Source of the DNA: Verticiella sediminum
GTDB taxonomy: Bacteria > Pseudomonadota > Gammaproteobacteria > Burkholderiales > Burkholderiaceae_B
Direction of reading: 5' to 3'
Assembly (NCBI GenBank): GCA_040392445.1
Contig: JBEBVZ010000010.1
Location: 9,686-73,685 of the forward strand
DNA length: 64,000 nt
The position numbers were made by a program, and so were the translations under genes. Below are positions 10,604 through 19,865 of the stretch, piece after piece. Within the stretch, counting starts at the first letter, position 1. Each line of letters starts with the position of its first letter. The notes beneath the pieces are model-generated. The model saw only the letters and a list, made by a program, of their open reading frames with translations. It was not told the DNA's origin and made no database searches.

Positions 10604-11845
10604 TTAGAAGCGTTCGCAGCGTACCGTGATCGGATGCTGGCGCAAGGCTTGCAGGGCGCTGTCCACCGGGCCGCCGGCCAGGTCGGTCAGCACATAGCCG
10701 ATGTCGCCACGAGTCTGCAATTGCTGGCTGGCGATGTTGAGCTTGTGCTCGGCGAACAGATTGTTGAGCGTGGCCAGCGCGCCCGGCACGTTGCGGTGCA
10801 CGTGCAGGATGCGGGTGGTGCCTTCCTCGCGGTCGGTGTAGGGCAGCTCGGGGAAGTTCACGGCGCCTTTGGTGGCGCCGCTGCGCAGGAAGCTGACCAG
10901 TTTTTCAGCGACTTCGCGGCCGATGTTTTCCTGGGCTTCCATGGTGCTGCCACCGATGTGGGGCGTCAGGATGACGTTGGGCATGTTGACCAGGGGGCTG
11001 GCCAGGGGCTCGTCGGCGCTGCGGGGCTCGGTGGGGAAGACGTCGATGGCTGCGCCGCCCACGTGGCCGCTGAGCAGCGCCTTGTGCAGGGCTTCGATAT
11101 CGACCACGGTGCCGCGCGATGCGTTGATCAGCATGGCGCCCGGCTTCATCTGGGCCAGGGTCTGCGCGTTGATGATGTTTTCGGTGCTGCGGGTGCCGGG
11201 CACGTGCAGGGTCACGACGTCGGCTTCGCCCAGCAGGGATTCGAGGTCGTTGGCCTGGCGGGCATTGCCCAGGGGCAGCTTGGCTTCAACGTCGTAGAAC
11301 ACGACGCGCATGCCGATGCCCTCGGCCAGCGTGCCGACCTGGCCGCCGATGTTGCCGTAGCCGATGATGCCCAGGGTCTTGCCGCGGGTCTCGAACGCGC
11401 CGTTGGCGGATTTGTCCCAGTGGCCAAGGTGCACGCGGGCATTCTTTTCAGGGATGCGGCGCAGCAGCAGGATGGCCTCGGCCAGCACCAGTTCGGCTAC
11501 CGAACGGGTGTTGGAGAAAGGCGCGTTGAACACGGGGATGCCGCGCTCCATGGCAACAGCCAAGTCAACCTGGTTCGTGCCGATGCAAAAGCAACCTACC
11601 GAACGCAGCTTGGGCGCGGCGGCCAGGCGCTCTTTGGTCAGCTGGGTGCGCGAGCGCAGGCCGACGACTTCGGCATCGCTCAGCTCTTCCAGCAGTTTCT
11701 CGGACGGCAGCGCGGCAGCGTGGGCAACGATGTTGTCGTAGCCCGCGGCACGGAACACAGCATGTGCGCTGGCGTGGATGTTTTCGAACAGGACGATTTT
11801 GGTCATGGCTTTGGAGAGGCTGCGGTTAAAGGCGGCAATTGCCAA
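10604..11845 (-). CDS. serA: D-3-phosphoglycerate dehydrogenase (long form with ACT domain)
   Basis: Motifs GCFCIGTNQVDL, NAPFSNTRSVAEL, GIIGYGNIG and HIGGST, plus a C-terminal ACT domain. ATG 11845 has GGAG 7 nt upstream. ATG 11806 (MTKIVLFEN) is an alternative start. Confidence 0.9.
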   Translation of the reverse strand: MAIAAFNRSLSKAMTKIVLFENIHASAHAVFRAAGYDNIVAHAAALPSEKLLEELSDAEVVGLRSRTQLTKERLAAAPKLRSVGCFCIGTNQVDLAVAMERGIPVFNAPFSNTRSVAELVLAEAILLLRRIPEKNARVHLGHWDKSANGAFETRGKTLGIIGYGNIGGQVGTLAEGIGMRVVFYDVEAKLPLGNARQANDLESLLGEADVVTLHVPGTRSTENIINAQTLAQMKPGAMLINASRGTVVDIEALHKALLSGHVGGAAIDVFPTEPRSADEPLASPLVNMPNVILTPHIGGSTMEAQENIGREVAEKLVSFLRSGATKGAVNFPELPYTDREEGTTRILHVHRNVPGALATLNNLFAEHKLNIASQQLQTRGDIGYVLTDLAGGPVDSALQALRQHPITVRCERF

Positions 11846-11924
11846 TTGTACCGCTCCGCGCCAATGCGTCTGGCGGCTGCCGGAACCAGCCGGTTTGCCC
11901 GGCCCGATGTCCGGCGCGGCGGCC

Positions 11925-13496
11925 CTAGCGCAGCTCGAACAGCAGCCACGCCATGGCCGCTACCACCACGGTCAACAGGGTGGTCATGATGCCAAGGTAG
12001 CGTGTGGTGCGCACGTGGGCGCGGCGCAGATCGCTCAATTCGCGGGAAATTGCCGGCAGCGCGTCCTCGCGCGTCAGCTTATGGTGCAGCAGGCGCGGCA
12101 TGGCGGGCAGAATCTGCGCCCACTGCTCGGCTTCCCGTTGCAGGTTGCCCATCAGCGCTTTGAAGCCGACCCGCTCCTGCATCCAGTTTTCCAGGTAGGG
12201 CTTGGCGGTTTTCCAGAGGTCCAGGTTGGGGTCCAGCTGGCGGCCCAGGCCTTCGACGTTGAGCAGGGTCTTTTGCAGCAAGACCAGTTGCGGCTGGACT
12301 TCCATCTGGAAGCGGCGTGAAGTCTGGAACAGGCGCATGAGCACCTGGCCCAGCGATATCTCGGACAAGGGGCGGTCGAAATAAGGCTCGCAGCAAGCCC
12401 GGATGGCGCCTTCGAACTCTTCTTCGCGGGTATGGGACGGCACCCAACCCGATTCGATATGGAGCTTGGCCACCTGGCGGTAGTCGCGGCGGAAAAACGC
12501 CAGGAAATTCTGCGCCAGGTAGTTCTTGTCGAATTCCGACAGCGAGCCCACGATGCCGAAATCCAGGGCGATATAGCGGCCCAGGGTTTCGGGGGCGTTG
12601 GAGACATAGATATTGCCAGGGTGCATGTCGGCATGGAAAAAGCCGTCGGCAAACACCTGGGTAAAGAAGATCTCGACGCCATCCTGGGCCAGCTTGGGGA
12701 TATTCATTCCCTCGGCCCGCAACCTGTCGATGTGATTGACCGGGATGCCGTGCATGCGCTCCATGGTGAACACCGAGCGCGCGCAGTAGTCCCACATGAC
12801 TTCGGGCACGATCAGCAGATGGTCGCGGCGCGCGTCGGGGCTGAAATTGCGCCGAAGCTGGCTGCAGTTCGAAGCTTCGCGCACGAGGTCGAGTTCGTCG
12901 TGCAGGTATTTGTCGAATTCGCCCACCACTTCAAGCGGCTTCAGGCGCTTGCCGTCGGGCAAGAGGCGCTCGACCAGGCCGGCCAGCACGCGCATCAGGG
13001 CAAGATCCTTGTCTATCACCTTGAGCATGTCGGGGCGCAGCACCTTGACCGCCACTTCACGCCCGTCGTGCAGGGTGGCGAAGTGCACCTGCGCGATCGA
13101 GGCCGAAGCCACCGGCTCGCGCTCGAAATGGGCGAATAGCTTGTCGGGATGCTGTCCCAGCGCCGACTCGATGGTGGCCATGGCCTGTGCCGACGGGAAC
13201 GGCGGCACACGATCCTGCAGGCGCGTGAGCTCGTCGGCGATGTCGGTCGGCATCAGGTCGCGCCGGGTGGACAGCATCTGGCCGAACTTCACGAAAATCG
13301 GGCCGAGCTGCTCCAGGGCCAGGCGCAGGCGCACGCCCCGGGGCTGGGTGAACTTGCGTCCGAACCGCAGGGCCGTGGTCAAGCGGCTGGCAAAGGGATG
13401 ATGGATGGTGGACAGGACCAGTTCGTCCAGCCCATAGCGCAGCATGACGAACATGATGCGCAGCAGGCGGGGCAGGCTTGCCAGGGCCTTGATCAT
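11925..13496 (-). CDS. ubiB: ubiquinone biosynthesis regulatory kinase-like protein UbiB
   Basis: 523 aa. ABC1/ADCK atypical kinase motifs ([23 protein letters not shown]) and a C-terminal TM helix. The start overlaps the ubiJ stop (ATGA). Confidence 0.92.
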   Translation of the reverse strand: MIKALASLPRLLRIMFVMLRYGLDELVLSTIHHPFASRLTTALRFGRKFTQPRGVRLRLALEQLGPIFVKFGQMLSTRRDLMPTDIADELTRLQDRVPPFPSAQAMATIESALGQHPDKLFAHFEREPVASASIAQVHFATLHDGREVAVKVLRPDMLKVIDKDLALMRVLAGLVERLLPDGKRLKPLEVVGEFDKYLHDELDLVREASNCSQLRRNFSPDARRDHLLIVPEVMWDYCARSVFTMERMHGIPVNHIDRLRAEGMNIPKLAQDGVEIFFTQVFADGFFHADMHPGNIYVSNAPETLGRYIALDFGIVGSLSEFDKNYLAQNFLAFFRRDYRQVAKLHIESGWVPSHTREEEFEGAIRACCEPYFDRPLSEISLGQVLMRLFQTSRRFQMEVQPQLVLLQKTLLNVEGLGRQLDPNLDLWKTAKPYLENWMQERVGFKALMGNLQREAEQWAQILPAMPRLLHHKLTREDALPAISRELSDLRRAHVRTTRYLGIMTTLLTVVVAAMAWLLFELR

Positions 13497-14089
13497 GGTC
13501 GGCCCTTGCTGCGTTCGAGCGCAGCGATACGCTCGCCGAGGGCTTGCGTGGCGAGTTCGAGCGCGCTCACGTCGGCAGCCCAGGCAGACAGGGCTGGGCG
13601 GTTGGGTAGTAAATCGGTTTCATGGGTTGCGTATTCGACGGCATTCTGGCTTAGCCGCGTGCCGGTTTCGCGGGCCGCGGCGGTGATGCCGCGCAAGGTA
13701 CGAAGAATGAGCCGGGCCGGGATATCGCCGAGCAGGCCCGCGAGTTCGTCTTCCACGTCCCAGCGCAGGTCGCGGGCCAGGTCGGACACGGTATGCGCCA
13801 AGGCGGCCTCGCCGTCGATGCGAACCACCTGCATGCGTTGTTGCGCATCGGCGTTCAGCAGGCGGGGCAGGTCGGAGGCCGCCACGGTCACGGTGACGTT
13901 GGGGCTGGCTTGGCGGGTGCTTTGCAGGCTGCCCGTCGTGGAGACGGCCAGTGTCAGGTCAAAGCTTCCCAGCACCAGGCGCACGGCCTTGCCCGCATGG
14001 GGGCGCAGGCGGTCGCGGGCCCAGCTCTCGCGGGCAAGCAGCGCATTCAGGAGCTGGACGATAAGGGGATAAAAGAAAGGCGGCAGCAT
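13493..14089 (-). CDS. ubiJ: ubiquinone biosynthesis accessory factor UbiJ (SCP2 domain)
   Basis: The N-terminus [18 protein letters not shown] aligns by eye with E. coli UbiJ (MPFKPLVTAGIESLLNTFL). It sits between ubiE and ubiB. The GTG 14113 alternative would abut the repeat element. Confidence 0.75.
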   Translation of the reverse strand: MLPPFFYPLIVQLLNALLARESWARDRLRPHAGKAVRLVLGSFDLTLAVSTTGSLQSTRQASPNVTVTVAASDLPRLLNADAQQRMQVVRIDGEAALAHTVSDLARDLRWDVEDELAGLLGDIPARLILRTLRGITAAARETGTRLSQNAVEYATHETDLLPNRPALSAWAADVSALELATQALGERIAALERSKGRP

Positions 14090-14115
14090 GGGCGTCCATT
14101 TTACGTGAACCACCC

Positions 14116-14269
14116 AAACCGGGGTCAGACCACGGTTTACGGTTCAGAAGGCAGGGTCAAAAAAATTCAGGGCCGGACCACGGGTTTGCGAATAATCGAA
14201 GGCAGAGCATGGGTTTTGCGGGTTTTTGCTGCGGTTTCCGCTTGGAAACCGTGGCCTGACCCCGGTTTT
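14116..14269. repeat. 154-bp REP/MITE-like element bounded by inverted 23-nt hairpin repeats
   Basis: AAACCGGGGTCAGACCACGGTTT (14116-14138) and the inverted AAACCGTGGCCTGACCCCGGTTTT (14246-14269). There is also an internal degenerate copy at 14171-14187. The same unit recurs at 20698 and 49930. Confidence 0.7.
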
Positions 14270-14280
14270 GCCATGGCCGG

Positions 14281-14320
14281 CAAAGAAAAACCCCGGGCCA
14301 GTGACCCGGGGTTTCTTTGG
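14281..14320 (-). terminator. rho-independent terminator downstream of the tim44-like gene (symmetrical, could act in both directions)
   Basis: Stem AAACCCCGGG / CCCGGGGTTT with a 7-nt loop, extended by an A-tract/T-tract (CAAAGAAAAA...TTTCTTTGG). Confidence 0.7.
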
Positions 14321-14354
14321 TGCTTACAGCTTGGGACGACGGTGCGGCGACAGC

Positions 14355-15359
14355 TTAGCTTTCGTATTGCACCGGAATCTGCTGGATGCCGGCCAGAACC
14401 CAGCCGCCGCTGACGGGCTTGAGGAAGTTCCAGACTTCTTCGAAGCGATAGGCTTCGGGGCCCGAGTCGTCACGCAGCATGCCCGAGAAGCGTACGCTGG
14501 CCATGTTGCCTTCGGCGACCTTCTCGATACCCAGCAAGTGGCCGTTGAGCAGGACGACCTCGGTCTTGCCACCGGGCTCGCGTGCTGCCAGCGGTTCCTT
14601 GACGGCCTCGACCAGCTCGTCGGTCATGAATTCACGCATGCGGACCAGGTCGTTCTTGTCCCAGGCGTCTTGCAGGTCGATGAAGTGCTGCTTGGCGTGT
14701 TGCAGGAACTGCTGGGTGTCGAAGCCTTCCGGGATATACCAGCTTTCGTCGGCAGCAGGGGCGACGGTGTTGACGACTGCCGGGTGGGTGGCTGCCATCG
14801 ATGCCGTGTTGTGGCGCGACAGCGAGGCGGGTTGGGCCGCGGGTGCATGCGCCTGACGCTGCATGGGAGGTGCGGCGCCGGCGGAGTTGCTGGCGCCTTG
14901 CAGGGCCGGCTGGCGGCCAGCGCCACGCAGGCGGCGGAAAATGAAGATTGCCGCGAATACGACCAGCGCGATCAGCAACAGGCTGCCGATGAACTCGGCA
15001 GCAGCAGCGCCCAGGCCCATGCTGGAGAGCAGGGCGGCGATGCCCAGGCCGGCTGCGATGCCGGCGATGGGGCCCAGCCAGCGGGACATGCCGCTGCGGG
15101 CAGCGCCGGTAGCGGCGGCACCGGTGGCGCCAGCGCGGGCCGCCGAGGCGTTAGGGGCGGCCTGCGGGGTTTGCGTGCGTGCGGCAGGAGGCGTGACCGC
15201 CTGGCGCTGTTGCGTGATATTGGTCGACTGGCGTCCGAAATTGCTGCCGCCCAGACGGCCCTTGGCTGCTTCGGCCTCGAACGACACGCCGAGCATGGCG
15301 ACGGTGCTACAGACCGTAATCGCGACCGCAGCAAGGCGGGAGGTAAGGCTACGTGACAT
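14355..15359 (-). CDS. Tim44-like domain membrane protein
   Basis: Start ATG 15359 (GGAG 6 nt upstream). Signal-like N-terminus, an Ala/Pro/Gln-rich linker and a TM segment (GIAAGLGIAALL..LLLIALVVFAAIFIF). The C-terminal Tim44-like fold region is FLQHAKQHFIDLQDAWDKNDL...WVLAGIQQ. Confidence 0.8.
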   Translation of the reverse strand: MSRSLTSRLAAVAITVCSTVAMLGVSFEAEAAKGRLGGSNFGRQSTNITQQRQAVTPPAARTQTPQAAPNASAARAGATGAAATGAARSGMSRWLGPIAGIAAGLGIAALLSSMGLGAAAAEFIGSLLLIALVVFAAIFIFRRLRGAGRQPALQGASNSAGAAPPMQRQAHAPAAQPASLSRHNTASMAATHPAVVNTVAPAADESWYIPEGFDTQQFLQHAKQHFIDLQDAWDKNDLVRMREFMTDELVEAVKEPLAAREPGGKTEVVLLNGHLLGIEKVAEGNMASVRFSGMLRDDSGPEAYRFEEVWNFLKPVSGGWVLAGIQQIPVQYES

Positions 15360-15528
15360 GAAGATCTCCATGGTTATTCGTGTATCCCCACTACTGCTTA
15401 TGAATAGACAGTGGGGACAATATGAGAAAGCTGGCGTCGCCAAAAGTTCCGCGACATATCGCGCAACAGAAAGAAAAATTCTTTCTGGCGGCTGGCTGGC
15501 GCCGCACCGCCTGCCGGGCGGCGTCGGC

Positions 15529-16284
15529 CTACAGCTTGATGCCTTCGTGCAAGGCGACAGCGCCCGCCGTGAGGTTGAAATACTGCACTCGGCCCAGCCC
15601 TGCCTCGGACAGCATGCCCGCCAAGGTCTCCTGATCGGGGTGCATGCGGATGGACTCTGCCAGATAGCGGTAGCTGGCTTCGTCGTTGGCGACCTTGCCG
15701 CCCAGCCAGGGCAGGATATTGAATGAATACCAATCGTATGCCGGCGCCAGGGGTTTGGCGATCTGGGAAAACTCCAGTACCAGCAACTTGCCACCCGGCT
15801 TGAGCACCCGCGTCATGGAGGCCAGGGCGCGATCCTTGTGGGTCATGTTGCGCAGGCCGAAGGCGACGGTGACGCGGTCGAAGTAGTTGTCCGGAAACGG
15901 CAGTTGCTCGGCGTCACAGACCGCCACCGGGTTGATCATCCCGCGGTCCAGCAGGCGGTCGCGTCCCACGCGCAGCATGGAGTCGTTGATGTCGGTGAGC
16001 CAGACTTCGCCGCTGGGCCCGGCGCGCTTGGTGAAGGCCCGGGCCAGGTCGCCGGTGCCACCGGCGATGTCCAGTACCTTCATGCCCGGACGCACGCCCG
16101 CGCGAGCTACCGTGAAGTGCTTCCAGACGCGGTGCAGCCCGCCCGACATCAGGTCGTTCATGATGTCGTAGCGCTGGGCTACCGAGTGGAAGACTTCGGC
16201 GACACGGCGCTCTTTTTCGCTTTCGGGAACGGATTGGAAGCCGAAATGCGTACTGCTGGAAGAGGAGTCGGTGCCTGTGGTCAT
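15529..16284 (-). CDS. ubiE: ubiquinone/menaquinone biosynthesis C-methyltransferase UbiE
   Basis: [32 protein letters not shown] and the SAM motif [10 protein letters not shown]. 251 aa. Confidence 0.93.
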   Translation of the reverse strand: MTTGTDSSSSSTHFGFQSVPESEKERRVAEVFHSVAQRYDIMNDLMSGGLHRVWKHFTVARAGVRPGMKVLDIAGGTGDLARAFTKRAGPSGEVWLTDINDSMLRVGRDRLLDRGMINPVAVCDAEQLPFPDNYFDRVTVAFGLRNMTHKDRALASMTRVLKPGGKLLVLEFSQIAKPLAPAYDWYSFNILPWLGGKVANDEASYRYLAESIRMHPDQETLAGMLSEAGLGRVQYFNLTAGAVALHEGIKL

Positions 16285-16339
16285 GTGTTGTGCCTTGTGA
16301 ATCGCGCTACTTTAACGTATCGGATCGTACCGCCTAAGC

Positions 16340-16714
16340 TCAGGCCTCGCGCGAGGCGTCGGCGGCTTGCAGGCGGGCCAGGTAGGCGTTCCACCATTCG
16401 TCCTGGCGCCGGCCCAGATCGTACAGAATTTCCCACGAATAAATCCCGGTGTCGTGGCCGTCGGAGAACCGGGGCCGCACGGCATAGTTGCCCACGGGTT
16501 CGAGCGCGGTGATGTCGACGTCGCGCTTGCCGGTCTGCAGCACTTCCTGGCCTGCGCCATGGCCGCGAACTTCGGCGGATGGGCTGTAGACACGCAGCAG
16601 CTCGTAGGGCAGGCGAAACTCGTCGCCGGTATCGAACGCGACTTCCAGCACGCGCGAGCGCTGGTGCAGCACCAGCTTGGTGGGAATGGGGGTGTTTTTT
16701 GTAAGGCCTGCCAT
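16340..16714 (-). CDS. DUF971 (gamma-butyrobetaine hydroxylase N-terminal-like) domain protein
   Basis: Start at ATG 16714 (MAGLTKNT). LLRVYSPSAEVRGHG and GNYAVRPRFSDGHDTGIYSWE are characteristic of DUF971 as I recall it. Confidence 0.7.
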   Translation of the reverse strand: MAGLTKNTPIPTKLVLHQRSRVLEVAFDTGDEFRLPYELLRVYSPSAEVRGHGAGQEVLQTGKRDVDITALEPVGNYAVRPRFSDGHDTGIYSWEILYDLGRRQDEWWNAYLARLQAADASREA

Positions 16715-16789
16715 GAGTCGTCCTTGTATCGCATGCCGGTGCATGATGCCGGCCCAGGCTTCGATGGTAGCCCAAGCCGGGCGGCGGCG

Positions 16790-16844
16790 CGGTCATATGG
16801 CTGCAACAATTCAGCCATACTATGGTCACGGTTACGTCACTTAT
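16790..16844 (+). promoter_or_regulatory. candidate Pho-box array (five 11-bp-phased units) upstream of phoB
   Basis: CGGTCAT-ATGG / CTGCAAC-AATT / CAGCCAT-ACTA / TGGTCAC-GGTT / ACGTCAC-TTAT. Each 7-mer matches CTGTCA(T/C) at 5-6 of 7 positions, with 4-nt spacers as in E. coli Pho boxes. Confidence 0.45.
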
Positions 16845-16853
16845 GGAATGCCC

Positions 16854-17555
16854 ATGTCTAGCACCGTGCTCGTTGTCGAGGACGAACCTGCCATCCAGGA
16901 ACTCATTGCGGTCAACCTGGGATTCGCCGGCCACAAGGTTTTACGCGCGGATGATGCCGAACAGGCACAAACCCTGATCCGGGCCGAACTGCCCGACCTG
17001 GTGCTGCTCGACTGGATGCTGCCGGGCGCCTCGGGCCTGGCCCTGGCCCGCAAACTGCGTGCCGATGAGCGCACCCGGGCGGTTCCCCTGATCATGCTGA
17101 CCGCCAAGGGCGACGAGCATGACAAGGTGGAAGGCCTGGAAGCCGGGGCCGATGATTACATTACCAAGCCGTTTTCGCCCAAAGAGTTGATGGCGCGTAT
17201 CAAGGCGGTGCTGCGCCGCCGCGCGCCGCAACTCACCGACGACCTGATCGATGTGGGCGGTTTGCGCCTGGATCCGGTGACGCATCGGGTGTCGGGCAAT
17301 GATGAGCCCCTGATCATAGGCCCCACCGAATTTCGCCTGCTGCATTTCTTCATGACCCATACCGAGCGCGTGTTTTCGCGTGCCCAGTTGCTGGACCAGG
17401 TGTGGGGCGATCATGTCTTCGTCGAAGAGCGCACGGTGGATGTGCACATCCGCCGCCTGCGCAAGGCGCTGCAGCCCAGCGGTCACGATATCCATGTGGA
17501 AACAGTGCGCGGCAGCGGCTACCGGTTTACCTCCCAGCCCGTCAAAGTATCATAG
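16854..17555 (+). CDS. phoB: phosphate regulon response regulator PhoB
   Basis: MSSTVLVVEDEPAIQELI.., receiver Asp in LLDWMLPG, and an OmpR/PhoB winged-helix C-terminus (VDVHIRRLRKAL..VRGSGYRF). phoR follows. Confidence 0.93.
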   Translation: MSSTVLVVEDEPAIQELIAVNLGFAGHKVLRADDAEQAQTLIRAELPDLVLLDWMLPGASGLALARKLRADERTRAVPLIMLTAKGDEHDKVEGLEAGADDYITKPFSPKELMARIKAVLRRRAPQLTDDLIDVGGLRLDPVTHRVSGNDEPLIIGPTEFRLLHFFMTHTERVFSRAQLLDQVWGDHVFVEERTVDVHIRRLRKALQPSGHDIHVETVRGSGYRFTSQPVKVS

Positions 17556-17647
17556 GCACAACTTGTACGCCCTGATTGGTGTCCGGGCGCGCAAGTTCGC
17601 CGGGTATGCCAACCAGGGTATTCCCAACATTGATATCGATCTCAGGC

Positions 17648-18979
17648 ATGGTCTGGTTGCGCAGTTTTTTCGCAGTATTGCTGGTTGGTGCGGTGGCGTT
17701 GCTGTTTCGCGCGGCCGTCAGCCCGAACGCGGGCTGGATGGTTTTCAGCATAGGCCTGCTTCTGCTGCTCGCCTCGCATGTTCTTCAGCTGACACGTTTG
17801 CTGAAGTGGGCGTCCGACCTGCGCCAGCCGCCGCCCTCGGCTTCGGGCAGTTGGGGCGAGGCCCTGGTACGCCTGCACCGGCATCTGCGCAAGCAGGAAC
17901 GCGATATCGCCGAAGCGCGCGAGGCCGTCCAGACCTGGCTGGCGGCGTCACAGGCATTGCCCGAAGGCGTCGTCATCCTCGACGAGAACCTGCACATTGA
18001 TTGGTGCAACCGCGAAGCCAGGCGTTATCTGGGCCTGCGCTTGCCGGCCGACCGCGGCCAGAACCTGCTGAACCTGGTGCGCGGCCCCGAGTTCGTGCGC
18101 TATGCGCTGCAAAAGGAATGGCCGGAACCTCAGGTGGTGCCGGCGCCGGGGCATTCCGAACGCCTGTTGATGGTGCAACTGATTCCCTATGGCCGGCGCC
18201 AGCGTCTGCTGGTGGCGCGCGACGTCACCCAGCTCGAACGCATGGAAACCACCCGGCGCGACTTCGTGGCCAACGTGTCGCACGAGTTGCGCACGCCCCT
18301 CACGGTGCTGGCCGGTTTCCTGGAAACCCTGCAGGACGCCCCGCCCGGCGCACTGGACGAAGAACAGAAAGGCCGCTATTTCGACATGATGCGCGAGCAG
18401 GCGCAGCGCATGCAGAGCATCGTGGCCGATCTGCTGACGCTGTCTACGCTGGAATCGTCGCGCACCAATGAGTATCCCGGGCCGGCCGGCATGATCGCCA
18501 TTATCGATACGGTCAGGCAGCAGGCCCAGGCCTTGTCCGGCGGGCAGCACCATTTCGCCTGGAACATCACGCCGGGCCTGGAAGTGCTGGGCGTCAATAC
18601 CGAGCTGTCTTCGGCTGTGTCCAATCTCGTCACCAACGCGATCCGCTATACGCCAGAGGGCGGCACGATCACGGTAAGCTGGCACCCGGTGCGTGAGGGC
18701 GGCGCCACGTTTGCCGTCAGCGACACGGGCATCGGCATCGAAGCCAAGGATCTGCCGCGCCTGACCGAACGCTTCTATCGGGTGGATCGCAGCCGCTCGC
18801 GGGCCTCGGGCGGCACCGGCCTGGGCCTGGCTATCGCCAAGCACGTGGCCATCCGGCACGATTCCGAGCTGGAAATCGCCAGCGAACCTGGGCATGGCAG
18901 TACGTTCTCGCTGCAGTTCCCGCCCGACCGCATCCGCTATGCCGCGCCGCCCAAGGCGGCCCCCCTGCTGGAAGGCTGA
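17648..18979 (+). CDS. phoR: phosphate regulon sensor histidine kinase PhoR
   Basis: Start ATG 17648 (MVWLRSFF). Two N-terminal TM helices, a PAS region, the H-box FVANVSHELRTPLT, and the N/G boxes NAIRYTP and GGTGLGLAI. Confidence 0.9.
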   Translation: MVWLRSFFAVLLVGAVALLFRAAVSPNAGWMVFSIGLLLLLASHVLQLTRLLKWASDLRQPPPSASGSWGEALVRLHRHLRKQERDIAEAREAVQTWLAASQALPEGVVILDENLHIDWCNREARRYLGLRLPADRGQNLLNLVRGPEFVRYALQKEWPEPQVVPAPGHSERLLMVQLIPYGRRQRLLVARDVTQLERMETTRRDFVANVSHELRTPLTVLAGFLETLQDAPPGALDEEQKGRYFDMMREQAQRMQSIVADLLTLSTLESSRTNEYPGPAGMIAIIDTVRQQAQALSGGQHHFAWNITPGLEVLGVNTELSSAVSNLVTNAIRYTPEGGTITVSWHPVREGGATFAVSDTGIGIEAKDLPRLTERFYRVDRSRSRASGGTGLGLAIAKHVAIRHDSELEIASEPGHGSTFSLQFPPDRIRYAAPPKAAPLLEG

Positions 18980-19031
18980 AACCGGCGGCATGATGGCTTG
19001 CCCCGGGCATGCATGCCCAGGTTGCGGGGCT

Positions 19032-19865
19032 TTATTCGGGCGTGCGCACGCCGGGCATGCCGGCGCAGCTTACTTGTACCAGCTTGCGGTCGTGCAGGCG
19101 CACGGCTGTCAGCTGGCCCCCCCACACGCAGCCGGTATCCAGCGCCAGCAGGTCGGGGCGCTGCACTAGGCCAAGGGTGGACCAGTGTCCGAAAACGATG
19201 GGGGTGCCGGCGGTCTTGCGCCCGGGCACATCGAACCACGGCATGAAGCCTTGGGGCGCCTTGGTGGCGCTTTCCTTGCCTTCGAATTCCATGACGCCCT
19301 TGACGCTGCAAAAGCGCAGCCGGGTCAGCGCGTTCACGATCACCCGCAGACGGTCGGCGCCTTTCAGGTCGTCGCGCCAGGCTACCGGTTCGTTGCCATA
19401 CATTTTGGCCATGAACTTCTTCCAGCCCGGGCCACGCAGCACCGTTTCCACTTCGGCGGCATAGTCTCGCACCTGTTGCGGCGCCCAGCCCGGCAGCGCG
19501 CCGGCATGCAGCATCAGGTAGCCTTGCTCGGCATGGGCAAGAGGGCGGGTGCGCACCCAATCGATCAGGGCGTCGGCATCCGGCGCGTTCAGGATTTCGC
19601 TGACCGTATCGTTCTTGCGTGGGCGCCGCTCGCCGGCCGCCATGGCCAGCAGGTGCAGATCATGATTGCCCAGCACGCTAACCGCGCGATCGCCCAGGGC
19701 GATCACGCGGCGCAAGGTCGCCAGCGAGCAGGGGCCGCGGTTGACCAGGTCGCCGGCAAACCAGAATCGGGCATCGGAGTCCGCCGCGATGTCTGGGTGC
19801 GCCAGTAGCGTATCCAGCGCCTGGCAGCAGCCTTGCAGATCACCGACAGCCCACACAGAACTCAT
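19032..19865 (-). CDS. apaH: bis(5'-nucleosyl)-tetraphosphatase, symmetrical (Ap4A hydrolase)
   Basis: Start ATG 19865 ([13 protein letters not shown]). Metallophosphatase motifs GDLVNRG, GNHD and GHW. The upstream 129 codons of the ORF call overlap thiG in another frame. Confidence 0.9.
   Translation of the reverse strand: MSSVWAVGDLQGCCQALDTLLAHPDIAADSDARFWFAGDLVNRGPCSLATLRRVIALGDRAVSVLGNHDLHLLAMAAGERRPRKNDTVSEILNAPDADALIDWVRTRPLAHAEQGYLMLHAGALPGWAPQQVRDYAAEVETVLRGPGWKKFMAKMYGNEPVAWRDDLKGADRLRVIVNALTRLRFCSVKGVMEFEGKESATKAPQGFMPWFDVPGRKTAGTPIVFGHWSTLGLVQRPDLLALDTGCVWGGQLTAVRLHDRKLVQVSCAGMPGVRTPE

Noticed and set aside
10460-11989. 509-aa ORF on the plus strand
   Set aside because: It lies entirely antisense to serA. 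The composition is Ala/Gly/Arg/Val-rich, typical of out-of-frame reading of high-GC coding DNA, and it has no recognisable motifs. serA on the other strand is unambiguous.
15360-15794. N-terminal extension of the tim44-like ORF (479-aa call)
   Set aside because: It overlaps ubiE in another frame. A good SD (GGAG) precedes ATG 15359, and the signal-peptide-like N-terminus starts there.
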